Below, piece by piece: positions 14,658-23,932 of a DNA stretch of 26,432 bases. The translations under genes were made by a program, and so were the position numbers. The notes under the pieces are model-generated. The model was not told the DNA's origin and ran no database searches. It was given only the letters and a program-made list of their open reading frames with translations. Every line of letters starts with the position of its first letter. The stretch's first letter is position 1. Origin of the DNA: a virus (Duplodnaviria; Caudoviricetes); IMG/VR virus record IMGVR_UViG_3300017658_000239, positions 1-26,432 of that record; one strand, given 5' to 3'.

Positions 14658-15388
14658 TCGTGACCTTCCATTCGACAGGCGGCAACAACCGCATCAATGT
14701 TCTGCATCCTGCATGGGACGGCATCCCCTTCAACGTTGCCGATAGCCTACAGGACTTCGCAAGCCGGCTCTTCCGCGACCCGGACGCCAGCGGCATCCTG
14801 CACTGCCACCTTTCCGACATGGCGGCCCAGATCGTCAGTTCGATCCGCCTCGGGAACGTGAAGAACTGCCTGCTCGTCACCGTCCCCGACGACGGCGACA
14901 TAGGCCGCGCTTCCCAGCGGCGCGGCGATATCCTGCTCGCCGGTGCCGATGACGCCCAGCCATGCAGCATCGACGAGCGTGAACTTGTGCTGCGCATGAA
15001 GGCGATAGCCGGTCGTGGCGATTACATCGACCACCTGCACATCGCCCTGCCCTCGCACTCGATATTCGATTTCGAGACTGGCCAGATCGAAACACGGGAC
15101 GGCCGGAGCATCCGCGTAACGCCGACTGAATCGGCGATCCTGGTCGATCTGGCCCGGCGGCCCGGCGAGACGCGCACCAAGCAACAGATTATGGACGCGA
15201 TCTATGGTGGCGAGGACGAGCCGGAGATGAAGATCATCGACGTGCTGGTGTGCAAGCTTCGCCGCAAGATCATCGAGGCGACTGGCGGGGTCGACGTCGT
15301 CCAGACGATCTGGGGCCGTGGCTATCAGTTCGTGCCTGACGGCTTCCAGCCTGTGTATCGCCCGAACCGCTGGAGGGCGGCGCGGTGA
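14654..15388 (+). CDS. CtrA-like OmpR-family regulator with a degenerate receiver domain
   Basis: IYGGEDEPEMKIIDVLVCKLRRKI...VQTIWGRGY closely matches the CtrA segment [24 protein letters not shown]...IETVWGRGY. Receiver remnants AGADD and ELVLRMKAI are present. ATG at 14654 with GGAGG SD. Confidence 0.88.
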   Translation: MIVTFHSTGGNNRINVLHPAWDGIPFNVADSLQDFASRLFRDPDASGILHCHLSDMAAQIVSSIRLGNVKNCLLVTVPDDGDIGRASQRRGDILLAGADDAQPCSIDERELVLRMKAIAGRGDYIDHLHIALPSHSIFDFETGQIETRDGRSIRVTPTESAILVDLARRPGETRTKQQIMDAIYGGEDEPEMKIIDVLVCKLRRKIIEATGGVDVVQTIWGRGYQFVPDGFQPVYRPNRWRAAR

Positions 15389-15873
15389 GCCAAGATCGAC
15401 CAATTCGCGACATTCTTGCCGAGGCCATGAGACGCGAACGGCTCGGCCTTACCCGGCCATTATGGTCAGACTGGTGTCGCTTCGACAATGAAGGCGGTCC
15501 CGAGCAGTGGCGTCTGCGCGCTGATCACCTGATCCGCCTGCTCGCCACCGAGGGCATGACCGTCTCCCGCGCCGGCGAAGCATCCGTGCCGATCCCGGCA
15601 CCGACGTCGCCGGTGTTCTGGCGCTATCACATGGACGGCAACAAGTCGGAGCGGATGCTCCGTATGGCGGGCGACAAGATTGAGGTCATCCGCGTCGTCG
15701 ACGGTGTTGAGACCGTCCAGATGACCTTTGCCATCGGCGAAGCGCATGACGCCGCGGGCGCGCTGCTGCTCGGCGACAAGGAAACCGCCAAGCGCCAAGG
15801 CATCTTCACCATGCTCTCGGCGGCGCTGGAAGCCTATCGGCTCGACGTCGCTGTCATGGGGCCGAGGCAATGA
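15385..15873 (+). CDS. Hypothetical protein
   Basis: 162 aa, GTGA-coupled, GGAGG SD. Confidence 0.75.
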   Translation: MSQDRPIRDILAEAMRRERLGLTRPLWSDWCRFDNEGGPEQWRLRADHLIRLLATEGMTVSRAGEASVPIPAPTSPVFWRYHMDGNKSERMLRMAGDKIEVIRVVDGVETVQMTFAIGEAHDAAGALLLGDKETAKRQGIFTMLSAALEAYRLDVAVMGPRQ

Positions 15874-16061
15874 CCGGCCCTCTTTCCGATCTCGGCCAGG
15901 ATTGGGCCGACCTCGCCGACCACATCGCCGACTGGTCCGTCGATCTCCTGCGCCGAGCACGCGACCAACTCGCCGGCGGGCTCGACCGCGCCGCGATGCG
16001 CGACATCGAAGGCGCCAGAGACTGGCGCGACCTCACCACGAAACGGAGTAGAGCAGAATGA
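15870..16061 (+). CDS. Hypothetical protein (63 aa)
   Basis: ATGA-coupled at both ends. Confidence 0.65.
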   Translation: MTGPLSDLGQDWADLADHIADWSVDLLRRARDQLAGGLDRAAMRDIEGARDWRDLTTKRSRAE

Positions 16062-16297
16062 AAAATCGGCTCTCCGATCTCAATAATCACCTGTTCGCGC
16101 AGATCGAGCGCCTTTCCGACGAGGACTTGACGCCAGAACAGATCGACCGCGAAGCCAAGCGCGGCGAAGCGATTGTCGCCGTTGCCGATCAGATCATCCG
16201 CAATGCTGCCCTTTCCATACAGGCGGCAAAACTCGTCGCCGAATACGGCGGAAACCCTGAACCTCACCTTCCCCAGATCGAGGGCAAGAAGGAATGA
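16058..16297 (+). CDS. Small helical phage protein adjacent to the HNH gene
   Basis: MKNRLSDLNNHLFAQIERLSDEDL...AIVAVADQII, a pattern I recall recurring next to phage HNH genes. Confidence 0.8.
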   Translation: MKNRLSDLNNHLFAQIERLSDEDLTPEQIDREAKRGEAIVAVADQIIRNAALSIQAAKLVAEYGGNPEPHLPQIEGKKE

Positions 16298-17097
16298 GGC
16301 GCCCTCCGATCATCTACAGCGATAGCGAGATGCGGTGGCTGGAAGACAACCGGATGATGGTCATCAGCGACTATCACCGCGCCTTCGTCGCCGCATTTGG
16401 ACGGGCTGACATTGAGGCCGCCCACCTTCATGCACTGCGGAAGCGCAAGGGATGGAAGGTTGGTCGCGATCCCGTCCGCTACAAAGGCCGCCGCTTAAAG
16501 TACGCCGACACCGAGATTGCATGGTTGCGGGAGAACTGCACCCTGCCGATCCAAGAATATCACCGCGAGTTCCTCGCAAAGTTTGGCCGGGATGACACGA
16601 CGGCTGCGATGCTGCACGGCCTGCGGAAGCGCGAAGGCTGGAAGACGGGCCGAACCGGCCAGTTCGGCAAAGGTCATGTTCCATGGACCGCTGGTCGCAA
16701 GCTACCCTACAATGCCGGCACTGCGCGCACACAGTTCAAGAAGGGTAATGTTGCGCACAACTACCGCGGACCTGGCCATGAATCGGTTGATAAAGACGGC
16801 TACGTCTGGATTGTAATCGACCAACCGAACCCATGGACCGGCGCTTCCACGTGGCGCGTCCATAAGCACCGTTGGCTTTGGGAACAGAAGCACGGTCCCG
16901 TGCCAGACGGCTTCGCCCTAAAATGCCTCGGCGACAAATCGAATACCGATCCGTCCAACTGGAAACTGGTCTCGAAGGGGTTGTTGCCGCGCCTGAACGG
17001 CAAATCGGGCCGAAGCTACGACCACGCTCCCGCCGAGTTGAAACCGACGATTATGGCGGTTGCCGAGCTTGAACACGCATCGCGGAGGTCGCGATGA
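16294..17097 (+). CDS. HNH endonuclease-like protein with a duplicated N-terminal domain
   Basis: Two roughly 60-aa repeats (Y..E..WL..N.....YHR.F...FGR.D.....LH.LRKR.GWK.GR), then FGKGHVPW/TQFKKG and KHRWLWEQKHGPVP...GDKSNTDPSNW. Confidence 0.85.
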   Translation: MRRPPIIYSDSEMRWLEDNRMMVISDYHRAFVAAFGRADIEAAHLHALRKRKGWKVGRDPVRYKGRRLKYADTEIAWLRENCTLPIQEYHREFLAKFGRDDTTAAMLHGLRKREGWKTGRTGQFGKGHVPWTAGRKLPYNAGTARTQFKKGNVAHNYRGPGHESVDKDGYVWIVIDQPNPWTGASTWRVHKHRWLWEQKHGPVPDGFALKCLGDKSNTDPSNWKLVSKGLLPRLNGKSGRSYDHAPAELKPTIMAVAELEHASRRSR

Positions 17098-17453
17098 CAC
17101 AGCTTGGCCTATTCGACGCTCTGCATGCGCAGCCCGTCATCCTGCCCGTCGATGCCGACGGTCCTGTGATCCAAGGCGATATCGACGAGTTTCTGCACCT
17201 CCCGCATCCGCGCATGGTTTGGAACCGCGCGGAGATCGAACTTCACCGGCATACGAACGGTCTGTGGATGTGGTCGACAAGCTGGCACTGCAATGAGGCC
17301 GGCAGCGGGTACCGCGTCGGGCCGAAGTGGGGAAAGTTCGCTGAAACTCGCGACGACGCCCTGTTCTACGCAATCCGCGAAATCACCGATCGAATATCCG
17401 GCATCGACAGTGCCGACGCAAAGCAAATCCTCACATGGTTGGCATCTCTATGA
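17094..17453 (+). CDS. Hypothetical protein
   Basis: 119 aa, coupled, GGAGG SD. Begins MTQLGLFD. Confidence 0.75.
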   Translation: MTQLGLFDALHAQPVILPVDADGPVIQGDIDEFLHLPHPRMVWNRAEIELHRHTNGLWMWSTSWHCNEAGSGYRVGPKWGKFAETRDDALFYAIREITDRISGIDSADAKQILTWLASL

Positions 17454-17641
17454 TCATCGCTGCCCTCGAAACCCGGATCGCCAAGATCGAGGCGGACATC
17501 GCCAAGGAAACGGCGAGCATCGAAGCCGCTATCGCCGCCCGTCAGATTGGCGACGGTTGCTGGCACACCCGTCATCGCCTCGAAACTCAACTCCGTGCGA
17601 CCCTCGCTCTCCGCGATGTGATCAACGAGGTGCAGCCGTGA
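17450..17641 (+). CDS. Hypothetical protein (63 aa)
   Basis: ATG at 17450 (ATGA coupling). Coiled-coil-like. Confidence 0.65.
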   Translation: MIIAALETRIAKIEADIAKETASIEAAIAARQIGDGCWHTRHRLETQLRATLALRDVINEVQP

Positions 17642-20190
17642 GCTCCTATCTCGACTTCCTCCGCGCGAAGATGAAGGTCGCCCCAGCGACAGGCTTCGAT
17701 GTCGATGACGCCGATATCAATCCCGACTTGGCTCCCCATTGCCGCGCCATCGTGAAATGGGCGCTTCAGGGTGGCCGGCGCGGCATCTTCGCCGCCTTCG
17801 GCCTGCACAAGACATCGATCCAGCTAGAGTTGATGCGCCTGATCGGCAAGTTCATCGGCGGCCGTCGGCTGATCGTGTTGCCGCTGGGCGTTCGGCATGA
17901 GTTCTTCGACGAGGTCAAAGAGCGATTCCACGGCGAGTTCGCCATCGAGCTCCGTTTCGTCCGCCGCGACGATGAGGTGACAGACGATGATGTCATCCAC
18001 ATCGCGAACTACGAGAGCGTGCGCGACGGCAAGCTCGACCCTCGCCAGTTCGTCGCGGCATCGCTCGACGAGGCGGCCGTCCTTCGCGGCTACGGCACCA
18101 AGACGTATCAGACGTTCCTGCCGCTGTTCGAAGGCGTCCGCTTCAAATTCGTCGCTACGGCCACGCCATCGCCGAACCGGACCAAGGAACTGATCCACTA
18201 CGCCGGATTCCTGCAGGTCATGGACACCGGCCAGGCGCTGACGCGCTTCTTCCAACGCAACAGCGAGAAGGCGAACGAACTCACCCTATACCCGCACAAA
18301 GAGGACGAATTCTGGCTATGGGTGAATAGCTGGGCGGTCTTCCTGCAATCGCCGGCCGATCTGGGTTTTCCCGATGACGGGTACGTCCTGCCGGAAATGA
18401 CCGTGAACTGGCATGAGGTGCCAACCGACCATACGGCAGCGGGCGTCGATCGCGACGGACAGGGCCTGCTGATCAACGATCCCGGTGCCAGTGTCGTGCA
18501 TGCAGCGCGCGAGAAGCGGGTGAGCATGGATGCCCGCATCGCCAAGATGGTCGACCTGCTCGCCGAGGCTCCCGGTCAGCATTGTGTGCTCTGGCACCAT
18601 CTCGAGGATGAGCGCCGTGCCATAGAGGAAGCGGTGCCCGGTGTCCGCTCAATCTTCGGATCGCAGTTGCTCGATACCAATGAGGAGAACGCCGTCGGCT
18701 TCAAGAACGGCGAGTTCCAGCATCTGGCCACGAAACCGGAAATGTCCGGCGCGGGCTCGAATTTCCAGAAGCATTGCGCCTGGGAAATCTTCGTCGGCAT
18801 CGACGCCAAGTTCCACGACTTCATCCAGGCCATCTACCGCGTCGTGCGCTTCGGGCAGAAGCGGGAATGCCGGATCGACATCATCTATTCGGAAGCCGAG
18901 CGCGGCACCCGGCGCATCCTCGAGGAGAAGTGGGCCGAGCATGACCGCATGATGGAGCGGATGACGGAGATCATCCGGAAGTATGGTCTGGGGCGACTGC
19001 CTCTTGAATCGGTCCTGAAACGCTCCATCGGCGTCGAGCGACAGGTAGAGGAGGGCGAGTATTTCCGCATTGCCCATAACGATTGCGTCGACGAAGCGGG
19101 ACGCGCCGATGCCGACAGCGTTGGTCTGATCATCACGTCGATCCCGTTCAGCAACCACTACGAATACACGGCCAGCTATAATGACTTCGGCCATACCGAC
19201 GACAACGGGCACTTCTGGAGGCAGATGGATTTCCTCACCCCGGAGCTCTTCCGGATCCTGAAGCCCGGCCGCATCTACGCCTGCCACGTCAAGGATCGCA
19301 TCCTGTTCGGCAATGTCACCGGCGCAGGCCTGCCAACTGTCTCCCCCTTCCATGCCGAGGCCATTTTCCATGGCCTGAAACACGGCTTCGACTACTGCGG
19401 CATGATCACGGTCGACACCGATGTCGTCACCGAGAACAACGGCAACTACCGGCTCGGCTATACGGAGATGCTGAAGGACGGCAGCAAGATGGGCGTCGGG
19501 TCGCCCGAATATGTGCTGCTGTTCCACAAGCCCCAAACGGACCGGACGAAGGGCTATGCCGACGAGCGGGTTAGCAAGAGCCGCGAGGAATACAGCCTCG
19601 CGCGCTGGCAGCTTGACGCGCATGCCCACTGGCGCTCCAGCGGCAATCGACTGCTGACGCGCGAGGAGTGGGCGCAGATACCGCCGCGCGCGGTGCCGAA
19701 GGCCTTCCGCGCCTACAGCGAGGCCACGGTCTACGATCACGAGGAAACCGTTGCCATCGGCGAGGTCCTGCAATCGAAGGACCGGCTGCCGACCGAATAC
19801 ATGGCGTTGGCGCCCGTCTCGCATTCCCCGTGGATATGGTCGGACGTGGTGCGCATGCTCACGCTCAACGGCAGCCAGTCCAGCCGGAACGTCGAGAAGC
19901 ATATCTGCCCGCTCCAGTTCGACATCGTCGACCGCCTGATCGACCGGTATTCGAACCCGGGCGATGTCGTCTACGACCCGTTCGGCGGGCTGATGACCGT
20001 TCCCTACCGCGCCATCGCCAAGGGCCGGTACGGGATGGCGTCCGAACTCAACGACGTGTCGTTCAAGGACGGCGTCTACTACTGCCGCGAGGCCGAGGCA
20101 AAGCGGAATGTACCGAGCCTGTTCGACCTGCTGGAGGCTCCGTCGATCGAGCCGAGCATCGACGACCTGACCTCGGAGGCGGCGCAATGA
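17638..20190 (+). CDS. SF2/SNF2-like helicase fused to a beta-class N4/N6 DNA methyltransferase
   Basis: GTG at 17638 with GAGGTG SD. Helicase motifs FGLHKT, LDEA, ATATPSPN, QAIYRVVRFGQ. MTase motif IV ITSIPF lies before motif I VYDPFGGLMT, with HICPLQ between. 850 aa. Confidence 0.9.
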   Translation: MSSYLDFLRAKMKVAPATGFDVDDADINPDLAPHCRAIVKWALQGGRRGIFAAFGLHKTSIQLELMRLIGKFIGGRRLIVLPLGVRHEFFDEVKERFHGEFAIELRFVRRDDEVTDDDVIHIANYESVRDGKLDPRQFVAASLDEAAVLRGYGTKTYQTFLPLFEGVRFKFVATATPSPNRTKELIHYAGFLQVMDTGQALTRFFQRNSEKANELTLYPHKEDEFWLWVNSWAVFLQSPADLGFPDDGYVLPEMTVNWHEVPTDHTAAGVDRDGQGLLINDPGASVVHAAREKRVSMDARIAKMVDLLAEAPGQHCVLWHHLEDERRAIEEAVPGVRSIFGSQLLDTNEENAVGFKNGEFQHLATKPEMSGAGSNFQKHCAWEIFVGIDAKFHDFIQAIYRVVRFGQKRECRIDIIYSEAERGTRRILEEKWAEHDRMMERMTEIIRKYGLGRLPLESVLKRSIGVERQVEEGEYFRIAHNDCVDEAGRADADSVGLIITSIPFSNHYEYTASYNDFGHTDDNGHFWRQMDFLTPELFRILKPGRIYACHVKDRILFGNVTGAGLPTVSPFHAEAIFHGLKHGFDYCGMITVDTDVVTENNGNYRLGYTEMLKDGSKMGVGSPEYVLLFHKPQTDRTKGYADERVSKSREEYSLARWQLDAHAHWRSSGNRLLTREEWAQIPPRAVPKAFRAYSEATVYDHEETVAIGEVLQSKDRLPTEYMALAPVSHSPWIWSDVVRMLTLNGSQSSRNVEKHICPLQFDIVDRLIDRYSNPGDVVYDPFGGLMTVPYRAIAKGRYGMASELNDVSFKDGVYYCREAEAKRNVPSLFDLLEAPSIEPSIDDLTSEAAQ

Positions 20191-20480
20191 ACGAACCTCG
20201 CGTCCGCGCGGTCCCGGTCTTCAACGGCTGGGAAGGCCACTTCAAGAAGATGCACAAGGCCGGCTGGTTCCCGGTCGAGGTGAACGGCATCGCGCAGCTA
20301 TTCCCCAGCGAGGCCGAGGCGAAGGTCGCCGCCTATGAGGCGATGACCCGGCACCACTTCGGCGACGGCATCCTGCGCGACGGCGAGACGATGAGCGCCG
20401 AGCGATCGCAGGCCGAGGCGCTGTTCGGCAAGGTGTTCCCCGGCAAGGGCCGGAAGCCGGTTGAGGTGGTGCGGCGCTGA
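20187..20480 (+). CDS. Hypothetical protein (97 aa)
   Basis: ATG at 20187 (ATGA coupling), GGAGG SD. Confidence 0.7.
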   Translation: MNEPRVRAVPVFNGWEGHFKKMHKAGWFPVEVNGIAQLFPSEAEAKVAAYEAMTRHHFGDGILRDGETMSAERSQAEALFGKVFPGKGRKPVEVVRR

Positions 20481-20481
20481 C

Positions 20482-22728
20482 ATGGCATCCTCCGACTTCA
20501 ACGTGCCAATCGAGCAGGTTGCCCTCCGCGTCCTGCCGGAATTCATGGGAGAGCCGAACAAGGCTCTCTCTTCGCGTTCCGAGCTTCGCTGGGGCAAGAA
20601 CGGCAGCCTGTCGGTCGACCTGACCAAACAGACCTGGCACGATCATGAAGACCAGACCGGCGGCGGCGTGCTCGACCTCCTTCAATCCTTCCGGGGCTAC
20701 ACCAAGCATGAGGCCGTCGAGTGGTTGCAGGACGAGGGCTTTCTCGAGCGCAAGGCCAATCCGAACGGCGCCGCCAACGGCTCTTCGCCGCAGGGCAAGT
20801 TCGCCGGATTCATGGATGATTGGCCGGTTGCCGCCTTCGAATACTTCGATGACCGCGGCCGCCTCGCCTATGAAGTCCTGAAATTCGCCAAGACGGCCCC
20901 GCGCCGCTACATGCAGCGCCGCAAGCACCCGGCCGGCAAGGGCTGGATATGGGGACTGCAGGGCGGCACCTACGGGCAGGTGAAGTCCGGCGACTGGTTC
21001 AAGGCCAAGGAGGGCAAGCACTATCAGGCCGAAGAGACGTTCGACGATGCCGTGCGCTGGCTCTACCGCCGCGACGAGGTCCTGAAGGCGAAGGCCGACG
21101 GCGTCACCGTCTATCTCTGCGAGGGTGAGAAGGACGTCGAGACGCTGCGCAGTTGGGGCCTCACTGCCACCACGAATGCCGGCGGCGCCAAATACTGGAC
21201 CGACGCGTTCGATGCCGATCTCGCCGGCGCCGACGTCATCATCCTGCCAGATAACGACGAGCCCGGCCGGTCCCGCGCCCAGCTCCGCGGCGCCGGCCTG
21301 TTCGGCAAGGCGAAGTCGGTGCGCGTGCTCGACATCGCCGCGCATTGGGACGGCGCGCCCGAAAAGTCCGATGTCACCGATTGGAAGGAGGCGACGGGCG
21401 CCGACGGCGAGAAATTCCGGTACCTCGCCGGCAAGGCCAAGCCATGGCATCCAGAGCGGACACGCGCCTTCGGCGCCTATTACCACGACGAGATCGACGG
21501 CCCAGGCCTTCAACTCGACTACATCATCGACGGCTGGTTCGCGACACGCGGCCGCTCCGTGCTGGGCGGGCCATCAGGATCCGGCAAATCCTTCCTCGCC
21601 CTCCATGCCGCATACTGCATCGCGCGCGGCGTCGATTTCTTCGGCCACCATGTCGAGCAAGGCGGCGTCATCTATCAGGCCGGCGAAGGCGGGACCGGCC
21701 TGAAAAAGCGTCAGCGGGCCTACGTGAAGCACTTCAAAGTCGAGAACGCTGACGATCTGCCCATCGTTGTCCTGCCCGCCAAGGTCGACCTGTTCAGCAA
21801 GGACGGCGATACCGATCGTCTGATCGACGCCATCAAACAGGCGCGCCTCACGATGACAGCCCCGCTGCGCGCCGTCTTCATCGACACGCTCGCCACCGCC
21901 ACGATCGGTGCAGACGAGAACAGCGGCAAAGACATGGGCTACGTGCTCGCCAACATCGCCCGCATCGAGGAAGAGTGCGGCGTCCATGTCTGCCTGGTCC
22001 ACCACATGAACGCCGACGGCAAGAAGCTGCGCGGCCACACCTCGATCCATGCCAACGTCGATACCGTGGTGCAGGTCGTTTGCGACGAGAACACCAAGAT
22101 CAGGACCGCGACCCTGAAAAAGCAGAAGGATGACGAAGACGGGCTGTCCGTCCGGTTCTCCCTGGCATCGGTCGCCGTCGGCTACAACGAGAAAGCCGGC
22201 CGAGACATCACATCATGCGTCGTGCTGTCGGTCAGCGAGAAGGAGCAATTGAAGGCTGAGAAGGAAAAATTCGGCTTCGAGGTGCGGCCATCGGAAGAGG
22301 CGCTTCTGATACCGATGTTCAAGGCCATCGAGAAATACGGCAAGTTCGTCACCTCGGAGGCGGATGGTCCGGTCGAGGCGGTCGGCAAGCATATCGTCGA
22401 CTTCAGCTATTTCCTCGACGTCGCCGTCGAGATGGACGCCTCGAGCGATGAGAAGTCCGCGGCGCGGGAGCGCATCCGGAAAGCCTTCGACCGCAACACC
22501 AAGTTCCTGGTCAAGGCTGGGGTCATCGTCTTCAAGCGCATCAGCGACAAGACGGCCGTGGTGTGGTGGACCGGCAAGCCGATTCGAGGCTTCCCGCACA
22601 CCTTCCCCGAACATATGCGGGATCGGACAAATCCCGGACAAAACCAGGACATTTCCTGGACAAATCCCGCCGCGCCTCTTTCTGCGGGCATGGCGGAAAT
22701 GATCGACAGCGGGGAATCTCTGCTGTGA
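20482..22728 (+). CDS. Primase-helicase (TOPRIM + RepA/AAA_25-type SF4 helicase)
   Basis: TOPRIM motifs YLCEGEKD and IILPDND. Walker A GPSGSGKS, Walker B VFIDT, plus LVHH and LRGHTS. ATG at 20482 with GAGGTG SD. Confidence 0.92.
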   Translation: MASSDFNVPIEQVALRVLPEFMGEPNKALSSRSELRWGKNGSLSVDLTKQTWHDHEDQTGGGVLDLLQSFRGYTKHEAVEWLQDEGFLERKANPNGAANGSSPQGKFAGFMDDWPVAAFEYFDDRGRLAYEVLKFAKTAPRRYMQRRKHPAGKGWIWGLQGGTYGQVKSGDWFKAKEGKHYQAEETFDDAVRWLYRRDEVLKAKADGVTVYLCEGEKDVETLRSWGLTATTNAGGAKYWTDAFDADLAGADVIILPDNDEPGRSRAQLRGAGLFGKAKSVRVLDIAAHWDGAPEKSDVTDWKEATGADGEKFRYLAGKAKPWHPERTRAFGAYYHDEIDGPGLQLDYIIDGWFATRGRSVLGGPSGSGKSFLALHAAYCIARGVDFFGHHVEQGGVIYQAGEGGTGLKKRQRAYVKHFKVENADDLPIVVLPAKVDLFSKDGDTDRLIDAIKQARLTMTAPLRAVFIDTLATATIGADENSGKDMGYVLANIARIEEECGVHVCLVHHMNADGKKLRGHTSIHANVDTVVQVVCDENTKIRTATLKKQKDDEDGLSVRFSLASVAVGYNEKAGRDITSCVVLSVSEKEQLKAEKEKFGFEVRPSEEALLIPMFKAIEKYGKFVTSEADGPVEAVGKHIVDFSYFLDVAVEMDASSDEKSAARERIRKAFDRNTKFLVKAGVIVFKRISDKTAVVWWTGKPIRGFPHTFPEHMRDRTNPGQNQDISWTNPAAPLSAGMAEMIDSGESLL
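22625..22672 (+). repeat. Four 11-bp GGACA tandem repeats (iteron-like array A)
   Basis: GGACAAATCCC GGACAAAACCA GGACATTTCCT GGACAAATCCC GCCG, inside the 3' end of the primase-helicase gene. Confidence 0.85.
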
Positions 22729-23174
22729 TCGAGGTGCCCGAACACGTCCGGCGGATGTGCGACGAATTCGGCATCACCATCGTGCCGAAGCACACATATC
22801 CGGCGCCGGGAGAGACGCGCGCGGTCGCCACCATCGACCGCATCTGGCGCAAGCATGGCGAGGAACACCTCCGTCTCGTGCTCACCACACTCGTGGAAAC
22901 GGCCAACAACAAGATCCTGCTCGACGAGATCGGGCTATGGATGGCCTCCGACATGGTGCTGAAATGCCGGTCCATCATCGAAGAGCGCGCCGGCGAGTGG
23001 CTTGAGCTCTGGGACGCCATGCCGGCCGGCGATCTCCAGTTCGTCAGCCAGGAGCTTCGCGGCCATGTTTCGCAGCGCGCCGCCCTTGGTGGTATGATCT
23101 ACGAGCGCATCTATCGACGGTTCGGTCCATTCGCCGATCAGTTGAACCTCTTCGATGACCTGAGGCCGAAATGA
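22725..23174 (+). CDS. Conserved phage hypothetical protein
   Basis: GTG at 22725 (GTGA coupling), 149 aa, ends QLNLFDDLRPK. Confidence 0.8.
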   Translation: MIEVPEHVRRMCDEFGITIVPKHTYPAPGETRAVATIDRIWRKHGEEHLRLVLTTLVETANNKILLDEIGLWMASDMVLKCRSIIEERAGEWLELWDAMPAGDLQFVSQELRGHVSQRAALGGMIYERIYRRFGPFADQLNLFDDLRPK

Positions 23175-23932
23175 ACATCAGGGTGATCAAGGACCTGCTC
23201 ATCGACGCCGTGCGCCTCGACAGGGAGACGCATGAGCATGTCGGTCCCGCTCATCTGCGTGCGCAGCAGCTTGCCTACGCCCATGATTTTCAGGATATGG
23301 CCGGCTGGGGCCGCACACCGGGCGACAAGAAATGCCAGCTCGACAGCGACGACGGTGACCCCTACCGCGCCCTGCGGCTGGCGTTCTGGGAGCAGTACGA
23401 CCGCGACCCCTCCCCCGCCGAGATATCCCGCGCCCAGGCCGTGCACGGCTGGATCAGGCTCGTCGATGACGAAAAGGACCGTCGCGCCCTCATCGGCTGG
23501 CTGCATTCCAAGGCTGGAGGCAAATCCTTCCGCCGCTGGTGCAAGCAGGTCGAAGGCATCAGCCAGACCACTGGTTTGAAGCGGAAAGACCGCGCTTTGT
23601 TGCAGATACAGGAAAATATTCCCGGCGATGTGGTACTGCATGACTTCGACAAGCCGCTTGAGGACTTGCTGTTTGCCAACGAAATCGGCGATGTTTCAGC
23701 CACAATCGCAACAGGTGCGGACGAAGGGATAGACCACTGGTCCGCCGCCGATGCCAAGCCCGAGGTTCACGTCCAGCATATCGGCAGTCGACGAGAGGTC
23801 GAGGTGCCCCGATCCGAGATGACCTGGGCCGAAAAGCAGAACGCCCGAAGGCGCCAGCGAGAGGCAGCCAAGCGCAAGAAAATGGCCGATGCCGATGGTC
23901 TTGTCCATGATGGCAGAAAAGCCAGTGTGTAA
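23171..23932 (+). CDS. Putative late-gene regulator (Q-position protein)
   Basis: 253 aa with WIRLVDDEKDRRALIGWL...GKSFRRWCKQVEGIS, an HTH-like segment. Function is inferred from position only. Confidence 0.55.
   Translation: MNIRVIKDLLIDAVRLDRETHEHVGPAHLRAQQLAYAHDFQDMAGWGRTPGDKKCQLDSDDGDPYRALRLAFWEQYDRDPSPAEISRAQAVHGWIRLVDDEKDRRALIGWLHSKAGGKSFRRWCKQVEGISQTTGLKRKDRALLQIQENIPGDVVLHDFDKPLEDLLFANEIGDVSATIATGADEGIDHWSAADAKPEVHVQHIGSRREVEVPRSEMTWAEKQNARRRQREAAKRKKMADADGLVHDGRKASV

Noticed and set aside
17293-17637. N-terminal extensions given by the ORF track (17293, 14384, 13071, 22563, 19668, 24533, 11859 on +; 5000, 3438, 11041 on -)
   Set aside because: They overlap upstream genes or promoters. 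Downstream starts with SD sequences or stop/start coupling fit better.
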